DNA of 64,000 bases from Phoronis australis (lineage: Eukaryota; Animalia; Phoronida): positions 4,744,184 through 4,808,183 of the forward strand of contig NMRA01000001.1 of assembly GCA_002633005.1 (NCBI GenBank), in the 5' to 3' direction. The notes beneath the pieces were generated by a model. The model did no database searches and had not been told where the DNA came from. It saw nothing but the letters and a program-made list of their open reading frames with translations. The position numbers and the translations under genes are program-made. Positions 1-14,391 of the stretch are shown here, piece after piece (the first letter of the stretch is position 1; each line of letters begins with the position of its first letter).

Positions 1-48
1 ACTCAAGATAATATCTGAGCTCTGTTATAATTTATTTCTTCCTGTTTG

Positions 49-3000
49 TAGTTACTAGCTTTGGTATTGCAATTCTCCATAGCTTGCACCATTGACATTA
101 AGTGAGACTTCCTACAGCCACAGGGCTGTGGTCTCTTGTTCATTGTCATATTTTGTCATGCATACCATAGGTAGTTACAATTCAACCTCATTACAAGGTG
201 GCCTGTTTAGAGCATTAACAGTGATCAGTTAGTGAATATTAATTTAAGACATCCGGTTGTTAAATATCAGTAAACTTTGCTCAGTTGAAATGTAAGTCCT
301 GAGTATTACGATAGTTTTAAGTTTTCTTTTAGTGGTTGACGGTGATGCAAACTTCCAAGTGTTGATCTGTCTAAAGTACTCAGAACTTGTAGTCATAAGT
401 ATTTACAGCCTACACCTTTACAATGCAACATTAAAAATTTCCCACCCCTAGTTACTATGAACAAAGACTATATAACTATAAAATCTTTGCTATGAACTAT
501 GTTTACAATGAACAGTGGCCTTGGTAAGAAACCCAGTCCAAAGAATGTACATATGGTATGTCACTAGGCTGTTGAGTTGTTTATAAAGGGGCAGGTCCAA
601 CTTCTGTATTATTTGATTTCTTAATGTTGTGTAGGACCTTAGAAAAATGTCTTAATTTGGCCACTTAGTAACATCATGTCTGAGGATTCAGAAGAGATTT
701 GCTGGATATATGCGAAACTTTCAGATATTGTGATTTATGCGCTGGTTTCCAGAGTGCTGTCGGAGATTTTTTTTAAAAGTTCCACCTTTTGTGAGGGTTA
801 TCAAGAAAAAACTCAGCTGTATATAACGAAATGATAATTTTAGAAAACTGACAGCATTTTATACATTTGGTCTTGAACTTATGCACATTAAAGGGAGTTT
901 GGTCCTTTTGTTGATACTGTTGTTTTGCTATTAATGTATTTTTCTTGTTTGCTTTAGCTAATTGGTCACTGTGTCCAAATTAGAATGACTGTATTATGTG
1001 AAACTATTAAGTCTGAAAACCTGTCTTAATATGAGACTAATAAACACCCCTAGAAGCATATCATTTGCCATGCAGCCGTGTTCATTTCAAAGCTTTGATC
1101 TTGTTCATTCTGATATTGTAAAAAGATTCGTGACTTGTTCAATAAGTGAAGCTGATATGTATGTAGCTAATGTTTCTGTAAATTAGCAGATGAGCTGAAA
1201 GCAAAATTAGGTTCAAGAAAGCATTGCACGCAATTTGCGTGTCATGTCGGTTGTGATGCTAAGGCATTTTTAAAAAACCGTCAGACTTGTTTAATAACCT
1301 TATCGACAACTTTGTGCATTCAGAAAAATACTGAGAAAACTTGAGATCTTAATTCTTTAAAAGTGAAACTCTGTAGAATTTGATTGATGACTTTTTACCA
1401 ATCTTTTATTAATTGGGTCACATGACCATGTTAACCTGTTAAGAAAAAGGAAAGGAAAATTGATAGCAAAATTATGGTATCAATTCACAAAACGTGTTGA
1501 GAGTGGCGTACATGAAATAATTCCACGAGACATTATTCCGCGTATCAACCGAGACCGTTTGCGCGTTCGGTTGCAAGTTTTCTCTTGTAAAAAAAAACAA
1601 GTTTTAAAAAGTAATCATTTATTTCTTGAAAAGAGGTAGCAAAGATGAGAACAACGGCAACTTTGCAATAAACTTGTAACATCTCCTGGAACTAGTTAAA
1701 AAACAACAATATTTGATATTTTAGTTTCCTAGGAATCGGCGCCTGAGTTGCAGACGATATAGTATTCAGCAATTGAAAAACAGTTTTGTTCCAGATTTTA
1801 CATTTAGGGCCTGGTTGCATGTCGAGTATTAGTTACACTGCTGCAACTGTATTACTTTAAACTATATTCGGAAAGTTTGAGTATCGAACCGGCTGAAGAT
1901 GTCAAGTCGACATTGACCTACCTTATGAACTTTCCATGTCAAAGGTCACTGTTGAAGCAGTGTGGGAGGTGAATACAGAAAACTTTATTACATGGTCGTA
2001 TTTCCCTCGACATATTCAACGCGTATGGGATAAATAACATGATCAAATTTCATTTCATATAAAGGTGAAATATCAAAAATGTTGTTACAGTTTTCTAAAA
2101 TATAATTTAGTTTTTGTTTTAAAAATGTAACTTTAACTTTTAGATTTTTCATGAAAGTTTTTTGATAGCCCCTCATGCAAAAGTGGAACATTTTACAAAC
2201 AATTCATAATGCGTTTTTTATGAACAGGGCATAAAGCATAGTATCTGAAAGTTTCGTTTGAATTCGATCAGCCATTTCTGAGATATGATGTTCCGAAGTC
2301 AGCCAAAATTTGGTCATTTTTATTGGGTCTTGCATAACCTTAAAAATTGCTCTTATGGAAATCCTGACATGTGTGAGGTTTTCTGCTATGGCACACAAAT
2401 TTTCTAGAAAGACAAATCGGACCAAAAATATTGTTCATTCTGTTCTTTACCCAACTCATTTAGAGCAGCGAGTCGTCTAGGGGCCACCATGGTTGTCACT
2501 GGGATAGTCAATTTTAAAAAATCATAGCTTTAATGAATGGCACGGCCAAGAGAGAAAAAAGATTACTGTTTCAAGACACCCCAGTGAAAACGATGGCGAA
2601 ATGAAGAATTTTAATGTTTCTGATCAATAAATTTATTGAAAGGTATTATTCTTTTTTTAATTTGATAGGTATTGTGACATAAATCGAGATCATAGAATGT
2701 CTATTTTCACTATAAATGTCACACTGATGATCGTCAAATACTGGCAGCCATGTTTTTCTCGGGAATACCTCCCAGTTTTGTGAAATCAGGTTAGCCTCAT
2801 ATGGAATCCCTGCACATGGCAAGTGTCAATCTCACGAATTTGGACCCTCACTAATCAAGTCCTNNNNNNNNNNNNNNNNNNNNNNNNNNNNNNNNNNNNN
2901 NNNNNNNNNNNNNNNNNNNNNNNNNNNNNNNNNNNNNNNNNNNNNNNNNNNNNNNNNNNNNNNNNNNNNNNNNNNNNNNNNNNNNNNNNNNNNNNNNNNN

Positions 3001-6000
3001 NNNNNNNNNNNNNNNNNNNNNNNNNNNNNNNNNNNNNNNNNNNNNNNNNNNNNNNNNNNNNNNNNNNNNNNNNNNNNAGAAAATAAAGTGACAAAAACGT
3101 TCAAGTATTATATTTTGAAGTGAGTCCATGACCCAAGACAATAACTTGTTACTTGTGTAATTGCAATTCACATTGCTAAACCACCGTCTCGGAGGCCCGG
3201 CGTCGTTGCGCTCATTGTGATCATCGATCTTTTTCTAAAAGTCGGGGAATCGCGCGTTTCCTTAGCACTGGGCGCTAAATCTTCATTCTTTAAAAGTCGG
3301 GGATGGGCGCTTAACCGAGAGGTGGGCGCTTAACTGGAAATCTTCAAAAATCGCAGGGGGGCGCTTAACCGAGCAGTGGGCGGTTAAATCGAAAATCCAC
3401 CAAAAGTAGGGGTGGGCGGTTAACTGAGCATGGGCGTTAACCCGAACGTTTACGGTAGTTACTAGCTTTGGCATTCCAATTCTCCATAGCTTGCACCATT
3501 GACATTAAGTGAGACTTCCTACAGCCACAGGGCTGTGGTCTCTTGTTCATTGTCATATTTTGTCATGCATACCATAGGTAGTTACAATTCAACCTCATTA
3601 CAAGGTGGCCTATTTAGAGCATTAACAGTGATCAGTTGGTGAATATTAATTTAAGACATCCAGTTGTTAAATATCAGTAAACTTTGCTCAGTTGAAGTGT
3701 AAGTCCAGTGTTATGATAGTTTTAAGTTTTCTTTTAGTGGTTAATGGTGATGCAAACTTGCAAGTGTTGATCTGTCTAAAGTACTTGGAACTTGTAGTCA
3801 TAAGTATTTACAGCTTACACCTTTACAGTGCAATATTAAAAATTTCCCACCCCTAGTTACTATGAACAAAGTTACTATATAACTATAAAATCTTTGCTAT
3901 GAACTACAACTATGTTTACAATTAACAGTGGCCTTGGTAGAAACCCAGTCTAAAGAATGTACATATCGTATGTCACTGAGGCTGTTGAGTTGTTTATAAA
4001 GGGGCAGGTCCAACTTCTGTATTATTTGATTTCCTAATGTTGTGTAGGACCTTAGAAAAATGTCTTAATTTGGCCACTTAGTAACATCGTGTCTGAGGAT
4101 TCGGAAGAGGTTTGCTGGATATATGCGAAACTTTCAGATATTGTGATTTATGCGCTGCTTTCCAGAGTGCTGTCGGAGATTTTTTTAAAAAGCTCCACCT
4201 TTTGTGAGGGTTATCAAGAAAAAACTCAGCTGTATATAGCGAAATCATAATTTTAGAAAACTGACAGGGTTTTTTACATTTGGTCTTGAACTTTTACACA
4301 TTAAAGGGAGTTTGGTCCTTTTGTTGATACTGGTGTTTTGCTATCAATGTATTTTTCTTGTTTGCTTTAGCTAATTGGTCACTGTGTCCACTGTATTATG
4401 TGAAACTATTAAGTCTGAAAACTTGTCTTAATATGAGACTAATAAACACCCCTAGAAGCATATCATTTGCCATGCAGCCGTGTTCATTTCAAAGCTTTGA
4501 TCTTGTTCATTCTGATATTGTAAAAAGAGTCGTGACTTGTTCAATAAGTGAAGATGATATGTATGTAGCTAATGTTTCTGTAAATTAGCAGATGAGCTGA
4601 AAGCAAAATTAGGTTCAAGAAAGCATTGCACGCAATTTGAGTGTCATGTCAGTTGTGATGCTGAGGCATTTTTAAAAAAACCGTCAGACTTGTTTAATAA
4701 CCTTATCGACAACTTTGTGCATTCTGAAAAATATTGAGAAAACTTGAGATCTTACTTCTTTAAAAGTGAAACTCTACAGAATTTGATTGATGACTTTTTA
4801 CCTATCTTTTATTAATTGGGTCACATGACCATGTTAACGTGTTAAGAAAAAGTAAAGGTAAATTGATAGCAAAACTATGGTATCAATTCACAAAACGTGC
4901 TGAGAGTGGCATACATGAAATAATTCCACAAGACATTATTCCGCGTATCGACCGAGACTGTTTGCGCGTTAGGTTGCAAGTTTTCTCTTGTAAAAGAAAC
5001 AAGTTTTAAAAGTAATGATTTATATTTCTTGAAAAGAGGTAACAAAGATGGCAACTTTGCAATGAACTTGTAACATCTCCTGGAACTAGTTAAAAAACAA
5101 TAATAATTGATATTTTAGTTTCCTAGGAATCGGCGCCTGAGTTGCAGACGATATAGTAGTCAGCAATTGAAAAACAGTTTTGTTCCAGATTTTACATTTA
5201 GTGCCTGGTTGCATGTCGAGTATTAGTTACACTGCTGCAACTGTATTACTTTAAACTATATTCGGAAAGTATCGAACCGACTGAAGACCTCAAGTCGACA
5301 TTGACCTACCTTTTGAACTTTCCATGTCAAAGGTCACTGTTGAAGTAGTGCGGGAGGTGAATACGGAAAACTTTAACAGATTAAGCGCGTATGGGATAAA
5401 TAACATGATCAAATTTCATTTGATATAAAGGTGAAATATCAAACATGTTGTTACAGTTTTCTAAAATATCATTTAGTTTTTGTTTTAAAAATGCAACTTT
5501 AACTTTTAGATTTTTCATGAAAGTTTTTTGATAGCCCCTCATGCAAAAGTGCAACATTTTAAAAACAATTCCTAATGGGTTTTTTATGAACAGGGCATAA
5601 AGCTTAGTATCTGAAAGTTTCGTTTGAATCTGATCAGCCATTTCTGAGATATGATGTTCAAAAGTCAGCCAATGGGGTCTTGTATTTATTTAAAAACCTT
5701 AAAAATTGCTCTTATGGAAATCCTGACGTGTGAGGTTTTCTGCTTCGGCACACAAATTTTCTAGAAAGACAAGTCAGACCAAAAATATTGTTCGTTCTGT
5801 TCACTACCCAACTCATTTAGAGCAGCGACTCGTCTAGGGGCCACCATGGTTGTCACTGGGACAGTCAGTTTTAAAAAATCATAGCTTGGGTGTCATGGCC
5901 AAGAGAGGAAAAAGATTACTGTTTCAAGACACCCCAGTGAAAACGATGGCGAAACGAAGAATTTCGATGTCTCTGATCAATAAATTTTATTGAAAGGTAT

Positions 6001-6218
6001 TATTCTTTGTTAGAGTTTGATAGGTATTGTGACTTAAATCGAGATCATAGAATGTCTATTTTCACTATAAATGTCACACTGATGATCGTCAAATACTGGC
6101 AGCCATGTTTTTTGCGGGAATACCTCCCAGTTTTGTGAAATCAGGTTAGCCTCATATGGAATCCCTGCACATGGCAAGTGTCAATCTCACGAATTTGGAC
6201 CCTCACTAATCAAGTCCT
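49..6218. repeat. About 2.8-kb tandem duplication (49-2863 and 3456-6218) across an N gap
   Basis: Collinear near-identical copies with scattered SNPs and indels. Confidence 0.95.
3078..3455. mobile_element. End of a Tc2/pogo-like (CCGTA-terminus, TA target) element
   Basis: Subterminal GGGCGCTTAAC repeats ending ...TTTACGG|TA. The other copy has an empty TA site at 49-50. Confidence 0.7.
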
Positions 6219-8850
6219 GGATGAGCCCCTGATTTGGAGACCTGTATAGTTAAAGATTGATTGTCATTGAATGCGAGTGTACATGAGCATTTAAAGCTAC
6301 AAGTTACAAAATCACACGTGATTTATTATTATTAACTGGTTCATTTCCAAAGCAATTGTTGCTGTGGAGTCAATAGGTGTATTTTTCTGAAGAATTTTAT
6401 TTTTTCATGAAGGTTTCAGAAGTCTTTTGCATCACAAATGAAATGGTCCATTCATTTCAGCACCAACACTTCTTGAACACTTCATATCTGTTGTAGCTTG
6501 ATGAGTCATTATGCATAACTGGTTCAAATGCATCAAATGTCCGAGTTTAGATCCTAAGTTAAAATTTTATATCTCAATCTTTCAAATTTGGTGTGTCAAT
6601 ATCTTTTAAAAGGTCCTTCAGTGCAAATGTGAATTTTAAGTTGGAACTTTCTCAAATTCACCCATCTGATTGGTTCTTGCAAGGATAATTCAATCTGATA
6701 GGATGTTGAGGTAACTAAGTGCACTTATAAAATCATTCGTTTCATTTAACTTCGAAGTTTCGTCTTTCCTCTGTGTCGAAAGTTGCGTGTGTGCCTTTCT
6801 CATCTCACTTTTCAAGTACTGCTGCTATTTTCAATGTCACTGAAGATATCTGGCACAAAAGTCATCAAACTTTCATATATGTTTATTCTCATTTAGTTTT
6901 TTCAGTTAATAACTACATCCTCAGTGTAGGCTACAGAACACTAACTCAAGGTAAAGTAATTGCAGTTAATGACGGTATTACTATTCTAAGCAATCCATGC
7001 AATCAATCCGAGGTCACTGGGTACAAATATGATTTTTGAGTTGGACTCTTCAAGTTTACACACATATTGATGAACATAAGTAACTTTTTAAAATGATAAG
7101 CTTGGGGGTCATTTGGTGCACTTGCTCAGTCATAAGGGCAGTTATCCTCTGGGCCAAGAATAAACATTCAACTATGTTGAGACACTTTCTATTCGCTTCT
7201 TTTATATTGTACTTTTAGGATTTAAAATGAAGCTGCAGGGGTCGGCTAGTACAAAAGACATCTATATTTCACAATGCCACTTCTACGCTTTTGAAGTTGC
7301 ACCTTTTATTTAACATCAGTACCCTTGGGTATTGAACCAGTCATGTTGTATGCATTACTTCTTACTATGCAAGTATGCCTAGAGTCTGTTGCCATGGCAA
7401 TTCGATGGGTAAAGCCTGTTGCTCCCATGGCAATGACATCTTAGTTGGTTATTGTTGTTCTAAGGTAGTTTCATCAATCCAGTGGGGGGTAGTGCTTTCT
7501 AAAACCTGCATAAGGTAACTTAACTATCCGACAAGGCCATGGTACCTGACCGACTAACTTGTTTCACTACAAGTAGCTTCAAAGACATTGCTTAAGTGTA
7601 CACAAACTGAAACCAACATTCTTGCAGACAATTGAAATATAGAGGAATCCAATGCTATTGAATTTGGATTAATGGAGAAAGTGGTCGCGACTGGGGAGAA
7701 TTTCTAACTATTGTCTCAATCATGTTAAGTTTTCCATCACCTGGGGCCAGTGTCTAATCTTTGTACTCGAAATTGAACTCGCAGTTGTGATTGTCATTTC
7801 GTTTAGAACTACTTTTGTGCAAAGTCAAGATTAGTGTCTATTAGTGTGCTTGAATATATTATTATGCATATCACTTTCTAGTCCAAGTTTACACATGATG
7901 ACCCTAGATTTGAGGTAAAAACTCGAGTTCAGACTAAAATTTAATCCCTGATGCTGGGGTCATCAAGTGCAAACTAGTATTAGATAGTTATCCATTAAGT
8001 TATTGAGTACTTGAACTTAGTGTAACAGACACTTATCTCGAGCTTGCGCAAACGTAGAATAAAAAGTGCCAAAAATAATTTTGATCTTGGGTAAAAAGAT
8101 TAGAGCTCTGGCCATGGTGTTTGTCCCAGTATTGCATTGGTCTGAATTTTGTTTGTGCTGCAACACCTCCCCCCCTCCATCTCGGCTGTTGAAGAGATTC
8201 CTCTGCCTACTCCTGTTCAATATAAGCAAATGCTAAGGCACCAAGTTATAGAGGCTGAACACATGACTAAACCTCATGCAGGTGAAGACAGTGGAGTCAG
8301 CATATTATTTTGATGAGGGCTAGATTTGTATGAGGACTGAAAAATTTGGTTGCCATCTTGAAATTGCCTGCATTCCTGGTAAACATGGCGAAAGTGTGAA
8401 GAATTGTTTCACGTGTTGCGGTCTAGATTCTCTCACCCAGGCATACTTCTGTCAGTGAATAGATAAAGAGTGAGAGGGAGGCAAGGCAAATGTGTCTCAC
8501 CTGGCCATTGTGGAAAGCTATACAGATTGCTTTTGAACTGTTGATAATAGAAATATTTATGATGAAGTGTATCCTAGTATTTCTCTTTATTCTGAAGGCA
8601 TGACCTAAAACTAACATCCCAGTATTTACACAATGACTGCTGTAAACATTTAATAATAGGATTGCCTTGAACTTGGCTGATAAAACCAGGATTTACCCTT
8701 TGGGTAGTATAGCTTAGCAATCATGTTGCACCATTTACATGGTCAACCTTTATTTAGCTAATTTTGATCAAGCTCTTCTATTCTTGCTGAGACATGTTAC
8801 TTCAACCTTGACTTCCGTTGCCATACTGACTGTATGTAGTTGGTAAGAAT

Positions 8851-8950
8851 ATGACTGCTAATGAAAACTTCCCATGGCTACTCCCACTGTTCTTGATTTA
8901 TTTACTAGTGAATCATTCATTCTGTGTAAATTATGGTTCTCAAAACCTTG
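8851..8950 (+). CDS. ADAM10: Candidate ADAM10 first (signal peptide) exon, MTANENFPWLLPLFLIYLLVNHSFCVNYGSQNL
   Basis: ATG, a hydrophobic stretch and a phase-1 donor TTG|GTATGC that is in phase with the 9612 exon. No promoter-like context, so the true exon 1 may be upstream of the window. Confidence 0.3.
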
Positions 8951-9611
8951 GTATGCATGGCCTAGTCTCAGTGGTGGATTTGGGGGGGGGGGGACAAGAG
9001 GGTCTTGCCCTCCCCCTAAAATTCTTCCNGGGGGGGGGGGGGACAAGAGAGTCTTGCCCTCCCCCTAAAATTCTTCCTGATTCCATTTGGCAGTTTGGGG
9101 TTGTGAATGTCTGACAGGCAAAATCTTGTCTAATACTCTTCCCTGCCTCCCCCCAACTCAGAAACCTGGATCTGCCCCTGATTCTTATTCATATTTGTAG
9201 CTTTTTTGACTAAATAGTGTTTGTAATATTGTCATATACAATTCTTCTCTTATTTTATACAAAAATAATAGATAAAATTGTAATTCAATTTAATTTCTAT
9301 ATTTCACTGGCCGATTACTTTGCTGAAAATAGTAGAAACTTTACTAAATGTTGCCAATATGAGCCAAGCTAATAATAGACGCTAATTTTCTTCTCCATTT
9401 TTGTTTATAAATTTGAAAAAAAATCTTTATTCTTGTTAATAAATTTGAAAAAATACAATTTCATCAGTCTTCCATATTGTGTGCCAAATTGTTGAAGAAT
9501 TACAGTGGTTATGTTTTCACGCTGCGCAATATACATGTTAATGTTTGTGTGTTTGTCTGCAACACTGTTTATTCGTTTAAAATTTAATCCAAAAATATAC
9601 TCTGTTTGCAG

Positions 9612-9747
9612 GTAGAGTACTTGATGAGTACATTCGACATTATGAGGAGTTGACTTATGACACAAGCTTAGTACACGAACGCCATCTACGAGCCAAAAGG
9701 TCAACTAGTGATCACCACGTGCATATCGAGTTCAGCGCCCATGGAAG
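9612..9747 (+). CDS. ADAM10: ADAM10 prodomain exon (GRVLDEYIRHYEELTYD...HLRAKRS...FSAHGR)
   Basis: tttgcag acceptor, AG|gtgag donor. Closely resembles the ADAM10 YIRHYE...RAKR...HAHGR segment. Confidence 0.95.
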
Positions 9748-11282
9748 GTGAGACATTCTTCGGAACTACATTAATGTTCGTGGTGACGTGCGGTCATCAA
9801 AAATAGTGAGCGACTTACGTTGCACTTCAGTTCAGAATTGTACATAGGATCTGTTATTTTAGCATCCTGCGGGTCACAAATGCGACCTCAGATTTTGTTT
9901 GGTGACCTAGTCTTTGTGAAGTCGGCATGCACAGATCCAAGCACACACTCGGTGTATTACAGGTAGTAAGCAGGAGATATTCGGATGCGTTCTCTAAATT
10001 TGAAGGGCTCAAGGGTGCAAGTTCTATGGTGTCACACTGTGAACCATACAAACTAAAAAAAAATTGTACCATTTATGATTTTCTATGGAAAGCCAAGTAG
10101 ACAGGTTATCATTTTCAAAAACAATCTTCGTATTTCTTTAAAAAAGAGACCAGTAACATTAGGAAGTATGTAGATACATATTTACTTGTACTGGTAAGAT
10201 GGCTGTTTGAAGATAATGAGCCCGTCATGCGGCACTTACCTGTACGTTTACTGGGGTTCTCTAATGGGGGTTCTCACATAGCGGAGATTGTTAAAGATAT
10301 GCTGCTAACTTCTGTGAGTAATTTTCCCACTTGGGTATGATTTATGTTCGTGTTATGGTATGGAATAGGACTAGTAACCCGTTCACAAACTGGCTCAAAA
10401 TGCTAGCGTTTTCTCTAGCGCCTCCTCCAGCAGAAAATGCCGTAATGTGAACGGTTGCAAGTGTCACTTCTGATAGCTATTTGCTGGCAGTTTTACCTCC
10501 ACTTTTGTAGCCAGACCGCTTACTTCAAACTAGGAACCAATATGAGAGGTTCCTAGTTTCAAAGGACATACTTGCGCTGGAGAAAAGGCCTTTGTTTATC
10601 ATGGCATTAATCAATTTATGGAAGCGAGTATTTTGAATTTTCACTTAAAAGCAATTCGAGTGGTGAGGAAATAAACTAACTGCTAGCAAAAATTACCCCA
10701 TCGCAGACAGCTTAGCAAGTGAAGCTGCTAGCATTTTCGCCACCCCCGTGAACCTTGTGATTGGGTGTACAGAAGTGGTGGCTACCGGGGAGGGGGAGTG
10801 TAAGAGGGTAGGGGGAAGAGCGGGTGCAGGGGGGTGATTGTTTGTGTTGGCTTTTTTCTTGGTTAGTCTTGATTTTGAATATGCGGGAGCACACCTTATG
10901 TAGAAGAGGACCCCTTGTTTGGTTGTTGTAACTTCAGTTTCATCTTAATATCACTAGTCCATGATGGTTTACTTAAAAATTTACTGCCTCTTGAATCAAT
11001 CTTGATTGAAGCGCACTTGTAACATGGCTCAGGTGTGGATTATGCCTGAATTAAATAAACTTAAACATTTTCGTTGCCTATGACATATCTGTGTTGTCTT
11101 TGTGCTTGTTCCTTGTGTACATACTGAGCACAGGTGTGGCCTAATTGTGTCTGTCTCAACTCCACACTGTTGAGTCATAATCTGTATACATATTGACATA
11201 GTCAATTATAGGTCATTATGACTGGGCTCACTTCTTTTGTTTCTCTTTGGTATTAATTACAAATTTGACATTTACTTTTCAG

Positions 11283-11404
11283 GAATTTCAACCTTCGTCT
11301 GAGACGAGATACCCAAACGCTTCATCCTAATTTTAAACTTGTTGATGATAACGACAAGGAACTCGACTTTGATAGATCCCTCATATATGAGGGGTCTCTC
11401 TGGG
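11283..11404 (+). CDS. ADAM10: ADAM10 prodomain exon (NFNLRLRRDT...FDRSLIYEGSLWG)
   Basis: ttttcag acceptor, gtatgt donor, phase 2 to phase 1. FNLRxxRDT motif. Confidence 0.93.
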
Positions 11405-12719
11405 GTATGTTTTAGTTACTCTTCTCTACTAACTGATTATAAGCTAAAGATTGGCTAAAGTTGATGGTGTCTTTAGTGTTTATGAATCCTTTAAAAACAA
11501 TCTTGTGTCATTGTTTTTTATAGTCATAAGGGGATATGTGGTGTTGACAATTTTTTATAACTTAATGGTTCGGAGTAGTTACAGTTTTTGATTGAGCTAC
11601 TTTAAGTCAGGATATGTCTGCAAAGAATCTTGGTTTGTCTCATATGTAGGTTAGACCATGATATGATATAGTTTATTAATCAGGTTTATGGTAGCCTACA
11701 AAAAAATGGCTTGGTCTTGCGGTGTTATTATAGGCAATGCATTCACTGTCACTGTCAAGGACGTCATTCTCGAGACACGTTCTATGAAGCTGTGATTGTG
11801 TCATTGTTATGACCATTCACTGATATACTGACTGGGAATAGTTCATTCAATGGACTGTTTCCTTGTTACTAATTGCCAGAGCACTGAACAAATCAAATTA
11901 ATTCAATAGTGACGCTATGCAACGACATGTTTTGAAGACGATGTTTGTGTGAAACCTTCACCCTGGTTGAATAAACGACTGTGGCCAGAGGCATTGTAAT
12001 GTGTATGCATTCAAATAAATGTTCCCGGTTTTTAGAACATCATGAAGCTGTGATTGATAGTCAAATCTTAAATGTGTTTAAATATTTTTCTTGTTTTGTT
12101 AAGTGTGCAAACAAATGTTTATCACGTCAATAAGACTGTTTACTGTCTATACTACGTAGTCTCCATTCGTCTGATCCGTACTTGGCTTTTCTGCCGCTAT
12201 TGAATCAGTTTCAGATTTGCATAGTGTCAACATAGTCTTTTTTGATGTGTAAATAAATCAAATTGAACTTTTTGTATAGCTTTTTTGGTGTTATCTTTTC
12301 TTATTATCAGAAATTAGTCGATGCATTCAAAGGTTGTTGAAAGAAAGCTGTGAAGTGATTTTGATAACTGGTCTAGTGGCTTGCGCACAATGTGACTAAC
12401 ATTTGATATGCTGTAAAGTAACATGGTTTGTATCATGGTGGTATCTGAAAGAGCAACTTTATTAAAAGTGGTATTTAGTAATTGCTTTTTGTGAGTAGCG
12501 TGTTTACTTCTACAGTTCATGTGTTGCCAGCTTGCTTTACTGTTCTTATGGGCAATAGTCGCGTATAACATACCCAGACTTTGAAAACCATTTTGAGAAC
12601 CAGTTTGATGCCCGTTATTCAGTGGAGAAGACTGGTTCTCAAAATGTGGCTATGTTGTATTCAACTATTGCTGTTGTTATGTATCCTGCTTACCTTACGG
12701 ATGTGTTGTTTACTCGTAG

Positions 12720-12891
12720 GTGAACCTGACACACTGGTATTTGGCTCTATTATCGATGGTGTATTCAGTGGTAAGATTGTCACCCCTGATGACACCTACT
12801 ATGTGGAGAGAGCATTCTATCACTTTAAGGGACCTCAGAAGTTCCACTCCATTATCTATGCTGACCATGACGTGAACCCTGACCCTTTCAG
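12720..12891 (+). CDS. ADAM10: ADAM10 prodomain exon (GEPDTLVFGSIIDGVFSGKI...FHSIIYADHDV)
   Basis: tag acceptor, gtaagt donor; lies within ORF 12581..12895. Confidence 0.95.
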
Positions 12892-12980
12892 GTAAGTAAG
12901 GTAACACAGCCATGTGGAAGTGAAACAAACTTTACCGAAATACATTTTGTTAAGGTGAATGTGCACTTTCTTTCAGACCA

Positions 12981-13378
12981 GACTAACAGCAGTATCGGTA
13001 AATAATTGTACTGTCTAAAAACATAAACATCGTTTTAGAATTTTAAGTACTTGTGAAATTATTCTAACAGCAGTACCGGTAAATTACTGTACTGTCTAAA
13101 AACATAAACATCGTTTTAGAATTGTAAGTACTTGTGAAATTAGACTAACAGCAGTATCAGTAAATGACTGTACTGCCTAAAAACATAAACATCGTTTTAG
13201 AATTTTAAGTACTTGTGAAATTATTCTAACAGCAGTACCGGTAAATTACTGTACTGTCTAAAAACATAAACATCGTTTTAGAATTGTAAGTACTTGTGAA
13301 ATTAGACTAACAGCAGTATTGGTAAATGATTGTACTGTATAAACAGTGTTTTAGAGTTGCAAGTACTTGTGAAATTAG
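12981..13378. repeat. 81-bp tandem repeat, 5 units, with ABABA higher-order structure
   Basis: CTAACAGCAG recurs at 12983, 13064, 13145, 13226 and 13307. Confidence 0.95.
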
Positions 13379-14291
13379 TGTATTATCGGCTTTACAGGTC
13401 TTGAGAAAATAGTGAATATTCGATGTTCTGGAACAGCTATAGCTGTGTTTAGACAGATGCTTAAGCTAGTGCAAGTTGCACTTGAGGCTACTTGCACTAG
13501 TTTAAGTGTTTACCTGGACACAGCTTATGTATCAAGATTGTAACATGAAACAAATCACTGTACAATGTATCCATACAAGTGTATACAGTGGATAACTGAT
13601 GAAATATATCCAAGCACAGGGTGGTTGTATTGCAGCAAAATTGATTTTTTACTATTTAATTTATTGCTACCTGAATTCAAGAATAGGCGACACAATGTTT
13701 GTGGTTCATTCAATGAAAACTAATTAATTGTATATGCTTTCAATTCCTGTAATAATATCTCTACTAAAGTTATGTTATTATTGTTAAATGGTAGTCCAAA
13801 CTTCCACCTTTTTCTCTATGAATTTCTCTTAAGCAATGTTAGTAAATTTTTATGCATCGCTTATAAATTTTGTTGAATCTGATTTACATATCTGCACATG
13901 TTTTTTGTTTTTAATATGTTCAAAATAGCATATCTAAATTTGTTGAATACTTATTATTAGATACTACGTACATGTATGTACTTCTATGTATACTAGTTTG
14001 ATCTATGTACTGTCTACAACCCAGATATAATGCTTAGTGATTTTTGGGTTTGTCATTATTTTCCTTGTATGTTCTGTGTATTCTTCCATTAATATATAAT
14101 TATCACCTTGAATGTTTGTGGTTCTGGGGAGTTGTTTATGTCAGGTTTACTATGATTGTCATGTAGGAGATACTTACATAGCCTAAAGATGTTTTGAGAA
14201 GTAAGCCACCTTGTGGTGAGGTGTTGATATGGGGACTTGAAATACCATCTTTTGTTCCATTCATTTAGTGTGTACTACTTTATATTTTCAG

Positions 14292-14391
14292 GCTCAAACG
14301 TGAAGCAGAGGCCAGCGCAGCCCAGTGTGGCAGTTCTGTACCCAGAATACATCGCTTCCTACGTGAGCACTCGCAGGTCGTGCAACAACAG
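14292..14391 (+). CDS. ADAM10: ADAM10 prodomain exon with cysteine-switch-like Cys (RLKREAEASAAQCGSS...)
   Basis: ttttcag acceptor, CAG|gtaatt donor; phases fit both neighbours. Confidence 0.85.

Noticed and set aside
2823-3171. ORFs spanning the N run
   Set aside because: Gap artefacts.
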